Shown here in pieces: positions 1 to 10,431 of a DNA stretch of 39,671 nucleotides. Every line of letters begins with the position of its first letter. Positions within the stretch are counted from its first letter, which is position 1. Under the pieces are notes generated by a model, which was not told where the DNA came from, searched no databases, and saw only the letters and a program-made list of their open reading frames with translations. Made by a program: the position numbers and the translations under genes. The DNA comes from Sphingomonadales bacterium (lineage in GTDB: Bacteria; Pseudomonadota; Alphaproteobacteria; Sphingomonadales; Sphingomonadaceae): NCBI GenBank assembly GCA_031421975.1, contig JANOPT010000035.1, forward strand, positions 1-39,671, written 5' to 3'.

Positions 1-1
1 A

Positions 2-493
2 CATGATAAAAAGGGCCGCTTCAGTTACTATTTTCCCAAGACCACTGGCGGGGAATCGATCTATGTCCATGCCAAGCTGATGATTATCGACGACCGGATA
101 TTGCGTATCGGATCGGCCAATATGAACAACCGGTCGCTTGGCCTAGACAGCGAATGCGATATCTTTATCGATTGCGACCGCCCCGGTAATGAAAGCGCGT
201 GTCACAACATTGCGGCCCTGCGCGCCTCGCTGCTCGCCGAACATATCGGCCTGTCGCCCGAGCGTGTCGCGCAATTGCTGGATAGCGGCAGTTCGATGCG
301 CGCCATCATCGAAGGCGCAACGGGTTCAGGTCCAAGCCTCGAACGGCTTGATCTTCCGGAACTGGACGAAACCGAAAAGACCATTGCCGATAATGCCGTG
401 CTGGACCCAGAAAATCCGGACGATATGTTCGAACCGTTTTCCAGCCCCGGACTGTTTGCCCGAGTCCGGCATTTGCGAAAACCAAGCAAATAG
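2..493 (+). CDS. Phospholipase D / cardiolipin synthase-like protein, 5'-truncated by the window edge
   Basis: Frame is open from base 2: HDKKGRFSYYFPKTTGGESIYVHAKLMIIDDRILRIGSANMNNRSLGLDSECD, a complete HxKxxxxD...GSxN (HKD) motif. Stop TAG at 491-493. Confidence 0.9.
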   Translation, partial: HDKKGRFSYYFPKTTGGESIYVHAKLMIIDDRILRIGSANMNNRSLGLDSECDIFIDCDRPGNESACHNIAALRASLLAEHIGLSPERVAQLLDSGSSMRAIIEGATGSGPSLERLDLPELDETEKTIADNAVLDPENPDDMFEPFSSPGLFARVRHLRKPSK

Positions 494-534
494 AACGGAA
501 ATGCGCCTGCACCTGCGTCGGCGTTGACAGCATG

Positions 535-1806
535 TTAAAGTCCGGCAATCCTTATTCCCGCCGTCAGGACATGACGGGTAAATTCGCGGCCGACAAAAGT
601 ACCGACCGCATTCTGGTCGCGATAATCATATCGAAGCTGGAGCGCGAAGCGCGGGCTCAGTTGCCAGTCGGCTGACAATTCCGCACCATAAATGCGGTAA
701 CGGCGATCAATGTCGGTAAAGCTGTTTTTTTCTTGAGCAATGCTGGCCGTGAAGACGACATTACGCAGAAATTCATAATCGGCAGTGAGAGAAAAAGCGG
801 TGGCGACGAACGCTCCCGATCCGATTGTCGACGATTCCTCGACACCGCGCCGGGCCCGCGCCGTCAGCGTCAGCAAGGGCGTCGGGAAATATTCCAGCTT
901 CACGCGCGCGGCCAGACCGCCGACATCATCAAAGCGCGTATCCGCGAAATTCTGGCTGAAATAGCCAATGTCGAACTGACCGCGCAGCAATGACCCCACC
1001 TCGAAACTACTACCGGCCGCCAACCGATATCCCGATGAATTTCGTGAAGGCGCAGCGCCAGGTTGCCGAGCGTAATCACGGTCATTGAGCGCGGCATTTA
1101 CAAACACTGCAACAGCCGGACTGATGGCATAACCTGCTGCGGCATCAGCGGTCAGCAGCGTCCGGTTGCGAAAATCCTGGTCGACAAGCGCGCCGAGGCC
1201 ATCGCGTCCGTCGCTGTAATTGCGGGTTTCGGCAGCAACGCGCGTAGCCATTTCCAACCTGCCAGACGAATGCGCGCCGGCAAGAAAAGCTGACGTATAA
1301 TCATATTGTACGGGACGTCTCAGATTAAGCGGGGAGTCGGGATCTGTCCTGTTTTCTGTACGACGACCGTTAAGGGTGCCAGCATAAAGCCTGGTGTCGC
1401 GGCTGACGTCGTACCGCCCGCGAAGGCCAAGCGCATAGTCGGTTGTATTCTGGCTGCTGATGCCAAGATATTGTCGCCGGTCGATCTCTGCGCTGGTCGT
1501 CAGCGTCAGGCTATCGACGCGCGAGGCAGATGACAGCGACGGCCGGACCCGGACCACCAGATCATCCTTGGCATCGAGATCAGCAAAAATATTGTCGTCG
1601 TAAAATGTGTACATTCCGATGCTCGGCATGAACTCGGTGCTACCGATCCGTATCGGAACCGGGTCATATTCGGGCTGCGGCCGATCGCGCACGCCGACAA
1701 TATCGCGCCGACCGAATGTGAACCCCTCATTTTCAAACTCCTCCAGCATGTCGGCTTGCTGGGCACAGGCGGCAGCCGGGAAAGCTGCGGGCAAAACCGC
1801 CGCCAC
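535..1806 (-). CDS. Outer-membrane beta-barrel protein associated with polysaccharide export (start uncertain; GTG at 1806 chosen)
   Basis: Signal-like AAVLPAAFPAAACA|QQ, then VRDRPQPEYDPVPIRIGS...YDDNIF, typical of EPS-locus beta-barrels. Many amphipathic strands with alternating Tyr/Phe. The first ~60 aa of the ORF-track call (positions 1877-2058) overlap the upstream GT. Confidence 0.8.
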   Translation of the reverse strand: MAAVLPAAFPAAACAQQADMLEEFENEGFTFGRRDIVGVRDRPQPEYDPVPIRIGSTEFMPSIGMYTFYDDNIFADLDAKDDLVVRVRPSLSSASRVDSLTLTTSAEIDRRQYLGISSQNTTDYALGLRGRYDVSRDTRLYAGTLNGRRTENRTDPDSPLNLRRPVQYDYTSAFLAGAHSSGRLEMATRVAAETRNYSDGRDGLGALVDQDFRNRTLLTADAAAGYAISPAVAVFVNAALNDRDYARQPGAAPSRNSSGYRLAAGSSFEVGSLLRGQFDIGYFSQNFADTRFDDVGGLAARVKLEYFPTPLLTLTARARRGVEESSTIGSGAFVATAFSLTADYEFLRNVVFTASIAQEKNSFTDIDRRYRIYGAELSADWQLSPRFALQLRYDYRDQNAVGTFVGREFTRHVLTAGIRIAGL

Positions 1807-1876
1807 GACGACACCAAATCTGCACCTAACCGGCCATTTTTGCGGCGACCCCGTCGCAAATTCGGGAGAACAGAGC

Positions 1877-3007
1877 TCAGGCGGTTTCAAGCGCAGACTC
1901 GATCGCGTGCCAATAACGCTGCGCCGCCTTTTCGGGCGTGTAGCTCTTCGTGCGGACCAACGCGCGTTTCGCGTAGCTTTCGCGCACCTCGTCCTGCTGC
2001 AGATACCGCAGCGCCTGGGACATGGCCTCGATATCATTGCACGGCACCAATATACCATAATCGGTCGGCGTCATGCCCGTAAAGTCGGCACAACTATTTT
2101 CTGACAGGATTTCAGCTGGCCCCGATTTGCAGTGCGTAGAGATGACGGCGGTGCCCGCGCTCATGGCCTCGACAAGGCCGTTAGGGAAGCCTTCGGCGTT
2201 GGAGGGCAGCACGAAAAACTGCGCCTGCGTCAAAACCGGAAACGGGTTTTGCATGAAACCGGTGAGGATGATGCGATCCCGCAAACCATAAACGGCGATC
2301 CGCTCCTCAAGCACCGACCGAAGCGGGCCTTCGCCGATGATAAGCAATTTTCCCGGAATCGATGACGCGGCGAAGGCGTCGATGAGCAATGCAAAATTCT
2401 TGTTTTCGACCAGGCGCCCCATCGCGACAATGTAGGGTGCCTCAATGGCAAGATCTGGCGCTGCGGTCGCTTGTCGCCGGATTGCATCCATATCCACAGG
2501 GTTGGCAATCACGCTGATGCGATGGCGGGGAATGGCGAATTTATCTGTGAGATCGGTCGCAACGCCCTGTGACACTGCGATCACGTGCGTTGCGCGTCGA
2601 TAGCAGAACCGCATCATCGCCTTGCGAATTACTCCAGCGGCACTCGTGCCGAAATGCGCTTCCGGGTTCACCCGCTCGCTGATGACCCACGGCGTATTTT
2701 TGCCGCGATGGCTGGCCCAGTTGGCAACATTTGCCCGGGCAAGGAAGCTGACGGTAATTGCCGGGCGGAGATTTTTTACTAACGCACGCAGCTTCCACAT
2801 GCTTCGCAGCAGGTTTTTCCGGCTATCGAGGCGGTAGACCTGTATCCACTCAGGCACGGCATACGCAACATGCTCCTCATCCAGTAATGCCAGGGAAATT
2901 TCGTAACGGTCGCGCCAGTCGGCAGAATGGGCAAGCAGGGTCGTCATGACTCGCTCGGCACCGCCGCCGGCAAGCGAATTGATGACGAAAAGAACCTTGG
3001 GAAGCAA
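1877..3007 (-). CDS. Glycosyltransferase family 4 (GT-B, WabH/PglJ-like)
   Basis: INSLAGGGAERV N-terminus, SERV, MGRLVENKNF and EGFPNGLVEAM (Ex7E) motifs. TTG is the only available start. Confidence 0.9.
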   Translation of the reverse strand: MLPKVLFVINSLAGGGAERVMTTLLAHSADWRDRYEISLALLDEEHVAYAVPEWIQVYRLDSRKNLLRSMWKLRALVKNLRPAITVSFLARANVANWASHRGKNTPWVISERVNPEAHFGTSAAGVIRKAMMRFCYRRATHVIAVSQGVATDLTDKFAIPRHRISVIANPVDMDAIRRQATAAPDLAIEAPYIVAMGRLVENKNFALLIDAFAASSIPGKLLIIGEGPLRSVLEERIAVYGLRDRIILTGFMQNPFPVLTQAQFFVLPSNAEGFPNGLVEAMSAGTAVISTHCKSGPAEILSENSCADFTGMTPTDYGILVPCNDIEAMSQALRYLQQDEVRESYAKRALVRTKSYTPEKAAQRYWHAIESALETA

Positions 3008-3122
3008 AAATATCTATCCGGACTAGGGAGGTACTTCCCTCGCTATCAGGAATAAACTGGCCACCAATCGCGCGGCGTCAAGGCGCCCCGATTTTCGGCT
3101 GGTCAGACCTGCACGTAAAGCG

Positions 3123-3425
3123 TCACCCCAGAAAGAGATAGCCCACTGCCAAAACGACCACCCAGGCCGCCAGTGCCAGCGCAACGATCATCCATACCCG
3201 CCGTGGAAGTTGCCGAGCCTGCTCAGCCGGCGATAGTTTCGGGTTATTGCCGTTGCCTGCCGAATAAGGGGGCTGGTCCGCATCGCGATCGGGCATATCG
3301 AATGATCTGGAGGGTGAGCCGCGACGATCGAGCATCGCCGTCGCGCCGGTCAATGGCTTGCCCACAAGCGGAGCATTGCTGACCACCGTACTACGGCTGA
3401 AGACGCCCTCGTTCTCCTTTTCCAA
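3123..3425 (-). CDS. Small hypothetical membrane protein with a single C-terminal TM helix (start uncertain; may be the later M of MLDRR or MPDRD)
   Basis: Co-oriented between wzy and the GT4 gene. Polar Pro/Gly-rich N-part, then RRVWMIVALALAAWVVVLAVGYLFLG. Confidence 0.5.
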   Translation of the reverse strand: MEKENEGVFSRSTVVSNAPLVGKPLTGATAMLDRRGSPSRSFDMPDRDADQPPYSAGNGNNPKLSPAEQARQLPRRVWMIVALALAAWVVVLAVGYLFLG

Positions 3426-4791
3426 CTGACATCCCCCCTAATGCATTCGGCATCAAGCGAGGCGAAAAGTCCGATTTCATCCGTCTTTGAAGCGCCCCCG
3501 CTTTTACCGTACTGAATAGCGAAAATCCGCAGATAATGGCATAAAAAATTACACCTTCGATTTGCCAGAGCGCCATGGTTGCCAAGTTCATGAAAATAAA
3601 AGCCAAATGTGCAAAGACGAGCGTGAGCCCGGGCCATCCAGGCGTTTTCAGCGCGAGTCGAAGCATGGTCGCCCAAAACAGTAGCAGCAGAAAAAGCCCG
3701 ACTATGCCCAGTTCGAAAAGATAGGCGACAACGGTATTATGCGGATATACCTTGAACCAGTCAGGCCAGCTATCGGGGCCAAAACCGAGCAGATGATTCA
3801 AAAGCGAGGCGTCCATCCAGGTATACAGATATCCCGACCATATATAGGCCCGCCCCGATAACAGCCGGCGGTCGTCGAACGAAAATTCCGCCGGGGGTTT
3901 GATATAGCGCGATGGATCGTCGATAAAAATTGCCAGATCGCTAAACCGCTCAGGTGAAGAACCGACAAGTTGCGTAACGAAAACGAGCGCAAGCATGACA
4001 AGTAAAAGGCCGATAAACGCACGCTGCCTGCGAACGAAAGACGTAATCGTGCCGCTCATCATTTGCACCACCGCAAACGGGAAAAGCGCCAAAAACGTCG
4101 TTCGATAATTGGCAAGGCCGATCGCCACCACCAGCAGCGCAAGCAACGCTGATTTGATCAGCCTTGGCAAGGTGACCGCGAGACAAACGACAATGAGAAA
4201 GGTTGCCAGCGCAATCGAGAATGTCGCTTCATGATTGTAACCGCCGATAAAACTGACTGAACCGTCAAGCTCCGACGCCTTTGCCCTGCCCAGCACGATC
4301 GACAGCAACTGGAGGACCGGAAGCGGTGCGAATGCCCACAAAAGCGGCAAGGAAAAACGTGGGCCGCCATTATCTTTAAGGGCACGGTAAACCGCGATCA
4401 TCATGACAATAAAATAGAGATGTTTGACCACCGGATTGACTGCATCAACCCCGTTGCCATTCGCCACCGCGCTGAGAAACGAAACGATGATTATGGCATA
4501 AACCGGCACCAGCGACTTGAACAACAAATCGCGCGGACGCATTATGTAAAGACCGGTCAGTACAATGACGATCGAGCCAATCGCATTCCAGCTAAGGCCG
4601 GGAAACGCCTGTTTGAACGTAAACTCGTGGAATGCGCTCATGACATAACGAAGCCATATTGCGGCGATTACGAACCGCGCTGCGGCTCCGTCGACTCTCT
4701 TAACCGCAAGATAGACCGGAAAGGCGAGTAACCCGCTCACCGCAAAAAGCAGCAATAAAGGAAGCGATGGTGCCCCGCCGCCACCGTCCAT
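3391..4791 (-). CDS. wzy: Polysaccharide polymerase / O-antigen ligase family protein (Wzy-like)
   Basis: Roughly 12 hydrophobic segments, NYRTT, LSGRAYIW, LLGFGPDSW and YPHNTVVAYLFELGIVG (Wzy_C HN..E.G motif). Located next to wzc. Confidence 0.8.
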   Translation of the reverse strand: MDGGGGAPSLPLLLLFAVSGLLAFPVYLAVKRVDGAAARFVIAAIWLRYVMSAFHEFTFKQAFPGLSWNAIGSIVIVLTGLYIMRPRDLLFKSLVPVYAIIIVSFLSAVANGNGVDAVNPVVKHLYFIVMMIAVYRALKDNGGPRFSLPLLWAFAPLPVLQLLSIVLGRAKASELDGSVSFIGGYNHEATFSIALATFLIVVCLAVTLPRLIKSALLALLVVAIGLANYRTTFLALFPFAVVQMMSGTITSFVRRQRAFIGLLLVMLALVFVTQLVGSSPERFSDLAIFIDDPSRYIKPPAEFSFDDRRLLSGRAYIWSGYLYTWMDASLLNHLLGFGPDSWPDWFKVYPHNTVVAYLFELGIVGLFLLLLFWATMLRLALKTPGWPGLTLVFAHLAFIFMNLATMALWQIEGVIFYAIICGFSLFSTVKAGALQRRMKSDFSPRLMPNALGGMSVGKGERGRLQP

Positions 4792-4825
4792 TATCGATTC
4801 CCGTGGCGATTGCTGACGGGCTCAG

Positions 4826-6997
4826 TCATGCGTAATATTGCTGATATCGCTGGGCATAATCCTGCCCGTCATCATATCCGTTCCGCGATTGCCTGACGAC
4901 GTCGACTCGGCTTAGCGCAACGCCGACGACATGCGCTCCGACGGCGTCGAGTTCACGAAGCGCGATTTCTGCCGCTTTGACCGGCGTTTTCTTCCATCGC
5001 ACCAAAACCAGAACCGCGTCGGCAAGCGCAGCGATGCCCCGCGCTTCCGCCACAGGAAGCACAGGTGCAGTATCGAGAATTATCAGGGCGAAGCGATTGC
5101 GTAGCTGGGCCAGCAACGCGTCCATCTTATCCACCGCCATAAGATCGGGCAAAGACCGATTTTCGGCTTTCTGAACAAGATAGGAAACGCCCGACTTTTC
5201 TTCATAATATATGGCCTGTTCAGGCGAGCATTTTCCCTGAAGCACATCGCTCAACCCAAAATCCGCACGCGCCCCAACGGACACGGATGCCTCGCGACTG
5301 CGCGAGTCGCAATCAACGACAATCGTTGCGATCCCGGCCTGTGCAGCGGAGCGCGCGAGCGATATCGCCGCACTGCTTTTGCCTTCATCGGGAAGCGCCG
5401 ACGTTATGCATAATATTTTCAGCCCGCGATTGCCCGAACCGAACAGCAACGATGTCCTTAAAACGCGGAAGGTTTCGGCGAATCGGGAATGGGGGTGTTC
5501 AAGCAGGAAATCGGGCGGCCAGCTTTGTGCGCCTTGCGCCTCGGTCAGGGTTCCAAGTTCGGGGATCGAACCGATCGCCCGCACGTTAAGCTTTTTCTCC
5601 ACCGCATCCGATGTCCGCAATCCGCGTTCGAACAATTCCATCGCCATCAGGGCCAGCGCCGATGCAATGCCCGCCGCGACCAGCGCGATTGCAATGAACA
5701 ACAACGGGCTCGGTGACGCCGGAAGGACCGGTATCGAAGCTCTTGATATCGCCTTTGCACCGCTATCCTCGGTGCCTTGCCGCGTAACGGCCTTTTTATA
5801 TTCGTCGAGCAGGCTTTGGTACAGTTCGCGTGCCGATTGGGCGTTGCGTTCAAGTTCGCTTAACCGGACCGAGGCGGTGGTATCGGTCGCCAGACGCCCC
5901 TCCAGCCCGCCCAGCGAAGAGGCGATCGATCCTGTGCGCCCTTGCGCGACCCGGGCCTCGCTCGCAAGGCTGGCAACGACCCGGCCGACTTCTGCACTGA
6001 TCTGCTGGTCGATGTCGGTCAGCTGATCTCTGGTTTTAATGTAATTGGGGTGAAGCGGACCGTATCGCGAGCCGACATCGGCCACTTGAGCGCTCAACTG
6101 GGCGCGCTGATTACGCAGCCCAGCAATCACTTCTGAATTCAGCGCCTCGCCCAGCGTGTCGCCGGACAAGCCCCGGGATGTCTGACTCCGGGCAGTGGAC
6201 AGACGCGCGTTGGCGGCCGCCTCAAGCGCCTTGGCCTCGGCAAGTTGCGTGTTCAGAACGGACAATTCCTGCTGGGTGATCGAACTGGCATTGGACGCGG
6301 CGAACAGTCCTTGGCTGGCGCGGTAGCGCGCGACTTCGGCCTCTGCGGTCAGCACTTCTCCGCGCAGTTCGTCCAGCCGTGCTTCAAGCAAGGCTACGCT
6401 GCGTCGTGTCGTGCGCGCCTCGCCCTCAATGCTGGTGGCAAGATATTGATTGATGATTTCATTGGAAATGGCTGCCGCGGTTTGTGGATTTGCCGAGGCA
6501 TATTGAACCCCGATGGCATAAGAAATGCCCTCGCGGGTCACAACGAGCGCGCCGCCCAATATGCGAATTGCCCGTTCGCGCGCCGCATTCCGCTGCGCCA
6601 CGGTCACGCGCGACTGCGCCCTGGCTTCCAGCAGCTCTGGGTTGAATTCAGGCTGATCAACCAGCTTCAGCGAATCGACCACGCGCCCGGCAATAAATGG
6701 CGACTGCAAGATCTGCACGGCGGTGTCGACGGTTGGGGAATCGGTCGCCAAAACCGGCGTATCGGTTTCAACGGGGACGACTTCTTCAGGCTGTCGTTCG
6801 ACGACCATCGATGCCGTCGCAACATAACGCGGATCGGTTAGAAAATAGACAACCGCCGTCAGCAATATGGCAACCGCCGAGGCGATAAAAATCGACCATT
6901 TCCGCCTTCGAACTGCACGACCGATTGCGCGAATATCGAGCAGTTCGTTGTTTTCAGCCGCAGCGATGCGGTCGGTGGGAATATGAGGGTGGTTCAT
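4826..6997 (-). CDS. wzc: Polysaccharide co-polymerase with fused BY-kinase (Wzc/GumC/ExoP-like)
   Basis: N-terminal TM plus PRYVATAS, a long coiled coil, Pro-rich PVLPASPSP plus second TM, Walker A SALPDEGKS, Walker A' VVDCD, Walker B IILDTAP, and a C-terminal Tyr cluster YDDGQDYAQRYQQYYA. Confidence 0.93.
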   Translation of the reverse strand: MNHPHIPTDRIAAAENNELLDIRAIGRAVRRRKWSIFIASAVAILLTAVVYFLTDPRYVATASMVVERQPEEVVPVETDTPVLATDSPTVDTAVQILQSPFIAGRVVDSLKLVDQPEFNPELLEARAQSRVTVAQRNAARERAIRILGGALVVTREGISYAIGVQYASANPQTAAAISNEIINQYLATSIEGEARTTRRSVALLEARLDELRGEVLTAEAEVARYRASQGLFAASNASSITQQELSVLNTQLAEAKALEAAANARLSTARSQTSRGLSGDTLGEALNSEVIAGLRNQRAQLSAQVADVGSRYGPLHPNYIKTRDQLTDIDQQISAEVGRVVASLASEARVAQGRTGSIASSLGGLEGRLATDTTASVRLSELERNAQSARELYQSLLDEYKKAVTRQGTEDSGAKAISRASIPVLPASPSPLLFIAIALVAAGIASALALMAMELFERGLRTSDAVEKKLNVRAIGSIPELGTLTEAQGAQSWPPDFLLEHPHSRFAETFRVLRTSLLFGSGNRGLKILCITSALPDEGKSSAAISLARSAAQAGIATIVVDCDSRSREASVSVGARADFGLSDVLQGKCSPEQAIYYEEKSGVSYLVQKAENRSLPDLMAVDKMDALLAQLRNRFALIILDTAPVLPVAEARGIAALADAVLVLVRWKKTPVKAAEIALRELDAVGAHVVGVALSRVDVVRQSRNGYDDGQDYAQRYQQYYA

Positions 6998-7034
6998 GTT
7001 AAATCATTTCTCTTCAGGCCCCACTGTTTTCTGG

Positions 7035-8009
7035 TCATTGATATCCGGCCCGCCGCCGCCCTCGCGCCGCCTGAAACATACGATAGATCGTCTGCCGGAA
7101 CGCTGTGGGCATCAGCCGCATCCCCTCGATCAGCAGAAAGAGGCCAACACCCTCGGGCAAACAAAGGTTGCGGGCCAACTGTCCCGATATCCGCTGCCCT
7201 TTGAAAGAAAACCGCGCGTAAAAACCGATTTGCTGGTTGATAAGCTGACGAAGCAAAGCGCGCTCGGCCAGTGTTGCGGTTTGGATCATCTCCCGTGCTG
7301 TTTCGACCACCAAAGGCACGGTGTCTGTGTTGGTCGTTTTACTGACTTTGTTATCCGAATCCCTGTGAAATTCGGCGCTGATATTCGGCACATAAGCAAA
7401 CGGGGCAATGCGGGCGGCGCGAAGCCACATATCCTTGTCCCCGCCGCGTACTGCTTTGCCGATGGGGAACGGCCCTGCTTTCAACAGGACGTCACGGCGA
7501 AAGGCCGAAGCGCTGGTCCAGATCGGGCACTCCCCGTTTTCGACCCACAGCTTCAGAAACCCTGCGAAATCCACAGGCTGTCCCTCGCTGACCGCAAGGG
7601 CCGACGACATATTCGAGGCCGCCCGGCGGTTCTCGAATACATGGTCGTAACGGGTGGCGACGCAGCCTGCTTCCGGTGACAGCGCGATGGCTGCTGCAAT
7701 GTCGGCCAGATGGCTTTCGCTCCAGATATCGTCCGCGTCCAGAAACGCAATCCAGTCGCCGGTCGCTTCTGTCACCCCCAAATTGCGAGCCGCATAACCG
7801 CCAGGCCCCGGCCGGTCGCGCAACAGCAGGCGCAGCCGGGGGCTTGAGATCAGCGCAAGGATTTCCGCGCTGCCATCGGTCGATGCATCATCGATGACGA
7901 TGATCTCGTCCGGCGGCAATGATTGCATCAGCGCGCTATTGACCGCAGCAGCCACATGCCTCGCTTTATTATGAAGCGGGATAATGACAGAGAATTTCGG
8001 TTTGCTCAT
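7035..8009 (-). CDS. Glycosyltransferase family 2
   Basis: MSKPKFSVIIPLHNK, IIVIDDASTDGS, ARNLG, IAFLDADDIW (DxD). ATG at 8009 rather than the ORF-track 8087. Confidence 0.9.
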   Translation of the reverse strand: MSKPKFSVIIPLHNKARHVAAAVNSALMQSLPPDEIIVIDDASTDGSAEILALISSPRLRLLLRDRPGPGGYAARNLGVTEATGDWIAFLDADDIWSESHLADIAAAIALSPEAGCVATRYDHVFENRRAASNMSSALAVSEGQPVDFAGFLKLWVENGECPIWTSASAFRRDVLLKAGPFPIGKAVRGGDKDMWLRAARIAPFAYVPNISAEFHRDSDNKVSKTTNTDTVPLVVETAREMIQTATLAERALLRQLINQQIGFYARFSFKGQRISGQLARNLCLPEGVGLFLLIEGMRLMPTAFRQTIYRMFQAARGRRRAGYQ

Positions 8010-8203
8010 TCTGTCCCAATTTTTGCAGCGATTAGGGCGGCCCGTTGCGCGTTGTCGATGAATCGAAGTACGCCATGATAACGTCACTTCACACCGTCAT
8101 TCTAAGCCCTATCAGGACGATTGTGCAATGCAGCATAGCTCATTCCAGCCGTATCGCGGAACAGGTGAGCGCGAACCAGAGCCGATTATAGTCAGGAACA
8201 AAT

Positions 8204-8950
8204 GTGGGCCTCGAATTGCCGCGAACAAAGATATTTGTGGTCAGCCTGCGCGGGGCTCAAGATCGCAGGAAAGCGTTCGTGGCATTCAATTTGAAGGGAG
8301 CACCCCTTTGGAAGTTTTTCGATGCCTGCGAAACGCTTCACCCCGATCTCGATTATGACGACGACAACGCTATCATCGCCAAGGGCCGCCCGCTAACGCG
8401 CGGGGAGCTGGGCTGCTATTCCAGCCATTACGCTCTTTGGAAGCAGCTGATCGATGACGAGCATGCCGATCAGTACATAATTCTCGAAGACGATGTCATT
8501 GCCGATTGGCATTATCTTGAACGATTTGCCGGGGTGCGACACGAGGACGCCGGAAATGATTATATCCGGCTCTATTACAAAAGACCTGCGCCTTTTCGCG
8601 TGTTGGAAAAAAACTACCTCGCGCGCTCAACGTCGCTGGTTGAGCTGTCGGGCTATTGTTTCGGAACGCAGGCCTATCTTCTGACCAAGAACGGAGCGCG
8701 GCATTTTGCCGGGCGGTTGCGTAAAGTTATTCGCCCCATCGACGATGAAATGGACCGTTCGTGGAACCACGGTATGCCAAACCGGGCGGTGTTTCCGTTC
8801 CCCGTGGTCGAACGCGCGGTCGACAGCGACATTGGCGGTTCGCGGTTCGAGCCCTTTGCCATTCCATCGCGGCTAAGGCTTCGGCGCTTCGTCGCGCGCA
8901 ATACCGAACGGTTGCGGTATCATTTGGCTGCCCGGCGGATGTTACCATGA
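8204..8950 (+). CDS. Glycosyltransferase family 25 (LOS beta-galactosyltransferase-like)
   Basis: IFVVSL, RR, LTRGELGCYSSHYALW, IILEDD, GTQAYLLT and PID motifs. AGGA upstream of the GTG start. Confidence 0.9.
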   Translation: MGLELPRTKIFVVSLRGAQDRRKAFVAFNLKGAPLWKFFDACETLHPDLDYDDDNAIIAKGRPLTRGELGCYSSHYALWKQLIDDEHADQYIILEDDVIADWHYLERFAGVRHEDAGNDYIRLYYKRPAPFRVLEKNYLARSTSLVELSGYCFGTQAYLLTKNGARHFAGRLRKVIRPIDDEMDRSWNHGMPNRAVFPFPVVERAVDSDIGGSRFEPFAIPSRLRLRRFVARNTERLRYHLAARRMLP

Positions 8951-10431
8951 ATGCGACGTCGACCGAGTTCGACTCGGATCTGCGCGGCAAGACACGGCGC
9001 TCTCTGGGCTGGACCGTTGGCCGTGCACTCAGCGATCAATTATTCTCCTTTGCGGTTTTTATCATTCTTGCCCGGTGGCTCAGCAAGGAGGATATCGGCA
9101 TTTTTGCGATGGCCTATGTCTTTGCCGAAGGCAGCCGCATTATCGCCACTGGCGGGCTGGTGCAGATTATCGCGCGCGCGCCGGAAATAGATGACGAGCA
9201 AACCGACACGATTTTCTGGAGCAATATGGGCGTCGCGTCGCTGCTGACGGCTTTGATCTGGATGCTGGCGCCGACCATCGCCGACCTGCTCAATCATCCC
9301 GAGATTGCACATCCGCTTCAGACATTGTCGCTCATCCTTCCGGTTAATGCGCTCGGAGCGTGCCATATGGCCCTTCGGTTGCGCGAATTCGGGCACAAGA
9401 CGGTTGCGCTGCGATCGATGCTGGCAGGCGTGATCGGTGGCGGTGCTGCGGTTATCGCTGCGCTGTCCGGATACGGCATCTGGTCGCTCGTGATCCAGCG
9501 CTGCGTCGCCGAAGCGATCGGAACGGTGCTGGCGTGGACGTCTTATCGCTGGGTGCCCGGCCGTCAGTTTCGATGGCAGCGCGCCAGGGAAAATTTCCGC
9601 TTCGGTGGCAATCTGACGATCGCGCAGATCATTTTTCTGCTGCTCGTCCGTATTCAGGATTTGCTGATCGGCAGCTTTCTGGGCGCGGCAGCAGTCGGCA
9701 CCTACCGCGTCGCGTGGCGAACGACCGAAATCTTTGCGAACTCTGCGATCCAGCCGTTTTCAGCAGTCGGCCTGCAAACCTATTCACGGTTGCAGTCCAA
9801 CCCCCAAGCATTGCGTCAGGCATATAGCGCGATGCTTGGCCTTTGCTCGGCATTGTCATTTCCCGCGTTGGTGGGCTTTGGCGTCATTGCGCCTGCGCTG
9901 GTGCCGCTTGTCTTTGGCGACAAGTGGCAGGATGCAGGACAGCTTGGTCAGGTTTTTGCCTTCATGGCGGTTCCGTTTACGCTCAATTTTTTTGCATCCC
10001 CGGTGCTGACGGCGATGGGCAATGCTCACCGGCAGCGGACGTTGGCGGTTATTCAGCTCGTGCTTACCGTCGCGCTGACGCTTGCGGCGCTGCCTTACGG
10101 ATTGATGGCGATTGCCATCGCGTATGTGGTTCGCGCCTATCTGACGCTGCCTTTGCAGATATATTTCCTGAAAGAAGCTTCGCCGATCACCGCGCGGGTA
10201 ACCTATGACGCGGTAAAGGCGCCCTTTATGGCATCGGCTGTCATGGGCGTACTGCTGTGGGGCGCTATGCGGTTTCTTTCAAATGATCATGCGCTTGGCT
10301 GGACCGAACTGGCTGGCGCGATTGCGACCTCGGCATTGGTCTATTGTGCGATATTGCTCGCGATATCGAAAACCCATCGTCACCTCGTTCTCAACATCCT
10401 CCCGCACAAGATGGTTTCGCCGCATGCCTGA
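8947..10431 (+). CDS. wzx: Polysaccharide flippase (Wzx, PST/TuaB-like)
   Basis: ATGA overlap with the GT25 stop. ILARWLSKEDIGIFA, DTIFWSN, GYGIWSLVIQ, DLLIGSFLGAAAVGTY, VFGDKW, and about 12-14 TM segments. Confidence 0.92.
   Translation: MNATSTEFDSDLRGKTRRSLGWTVGRALSDQLFSFAVFIILARWLSKEDIGIFAMAYVFAEGSRIIATGGLVQIIARAPEIDDEQTDTIFWSNMGVASLLTALIWMLAPTIADLLNHPEIAHPLQTLSLILPVNALGACHMALRLREFGHKTVALRSMLAGVIGGGAAVIAALSGYGIWSLVIQRCVAEAIGTVLAWTSYRWVPGRQFRWQRARENFRFGGNLTIAQIIFLLLVRIQDLLIGSFLGAAAVGTYRVAWRTTEIFANSAIQPFSAVGLQTYSRLQSNPQALRQAYSAMLGLCSALSFPALVGFGVIAPALVPLVFGDKWQDAGQLGQVFAFMAVPFTLNFFASPVLTAMGNAHRQRTLAVIQLVLTVALTLAALPYGLMAIAIAYVVRAYLTLPLQIYFLKEASPITARVTYDAVKAPFMASAVMGVLLWGAMRFLSNDHALGWTELAGAIATSALVYCAILLAISKTHRHLVLNILPHKMVSPHA

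Noticed and set aside
1807-2058. N-terminal extension of the 507-aa ORF 535..2058
   Set aside because: Most of it overlaps the GT4 gene in another frame. It is Arg/Cys-rich, unlike a real N-terminus, and precedes the signal-like segment.
3060-3095. Possible hairpin AATCGCGCGGCG...GGCGCCCCGATT
   Set aside because: It needs several bulges and has no convincing U-tract in the operon direction.
5379-7679. Long plus-strand ORFs 5379..6026, 6245..6841 and 6996..7679
   Set aside because: They are antisense shadows of wzc and the GT2 gene in GC-rich DNA, with no recognisable motifs.
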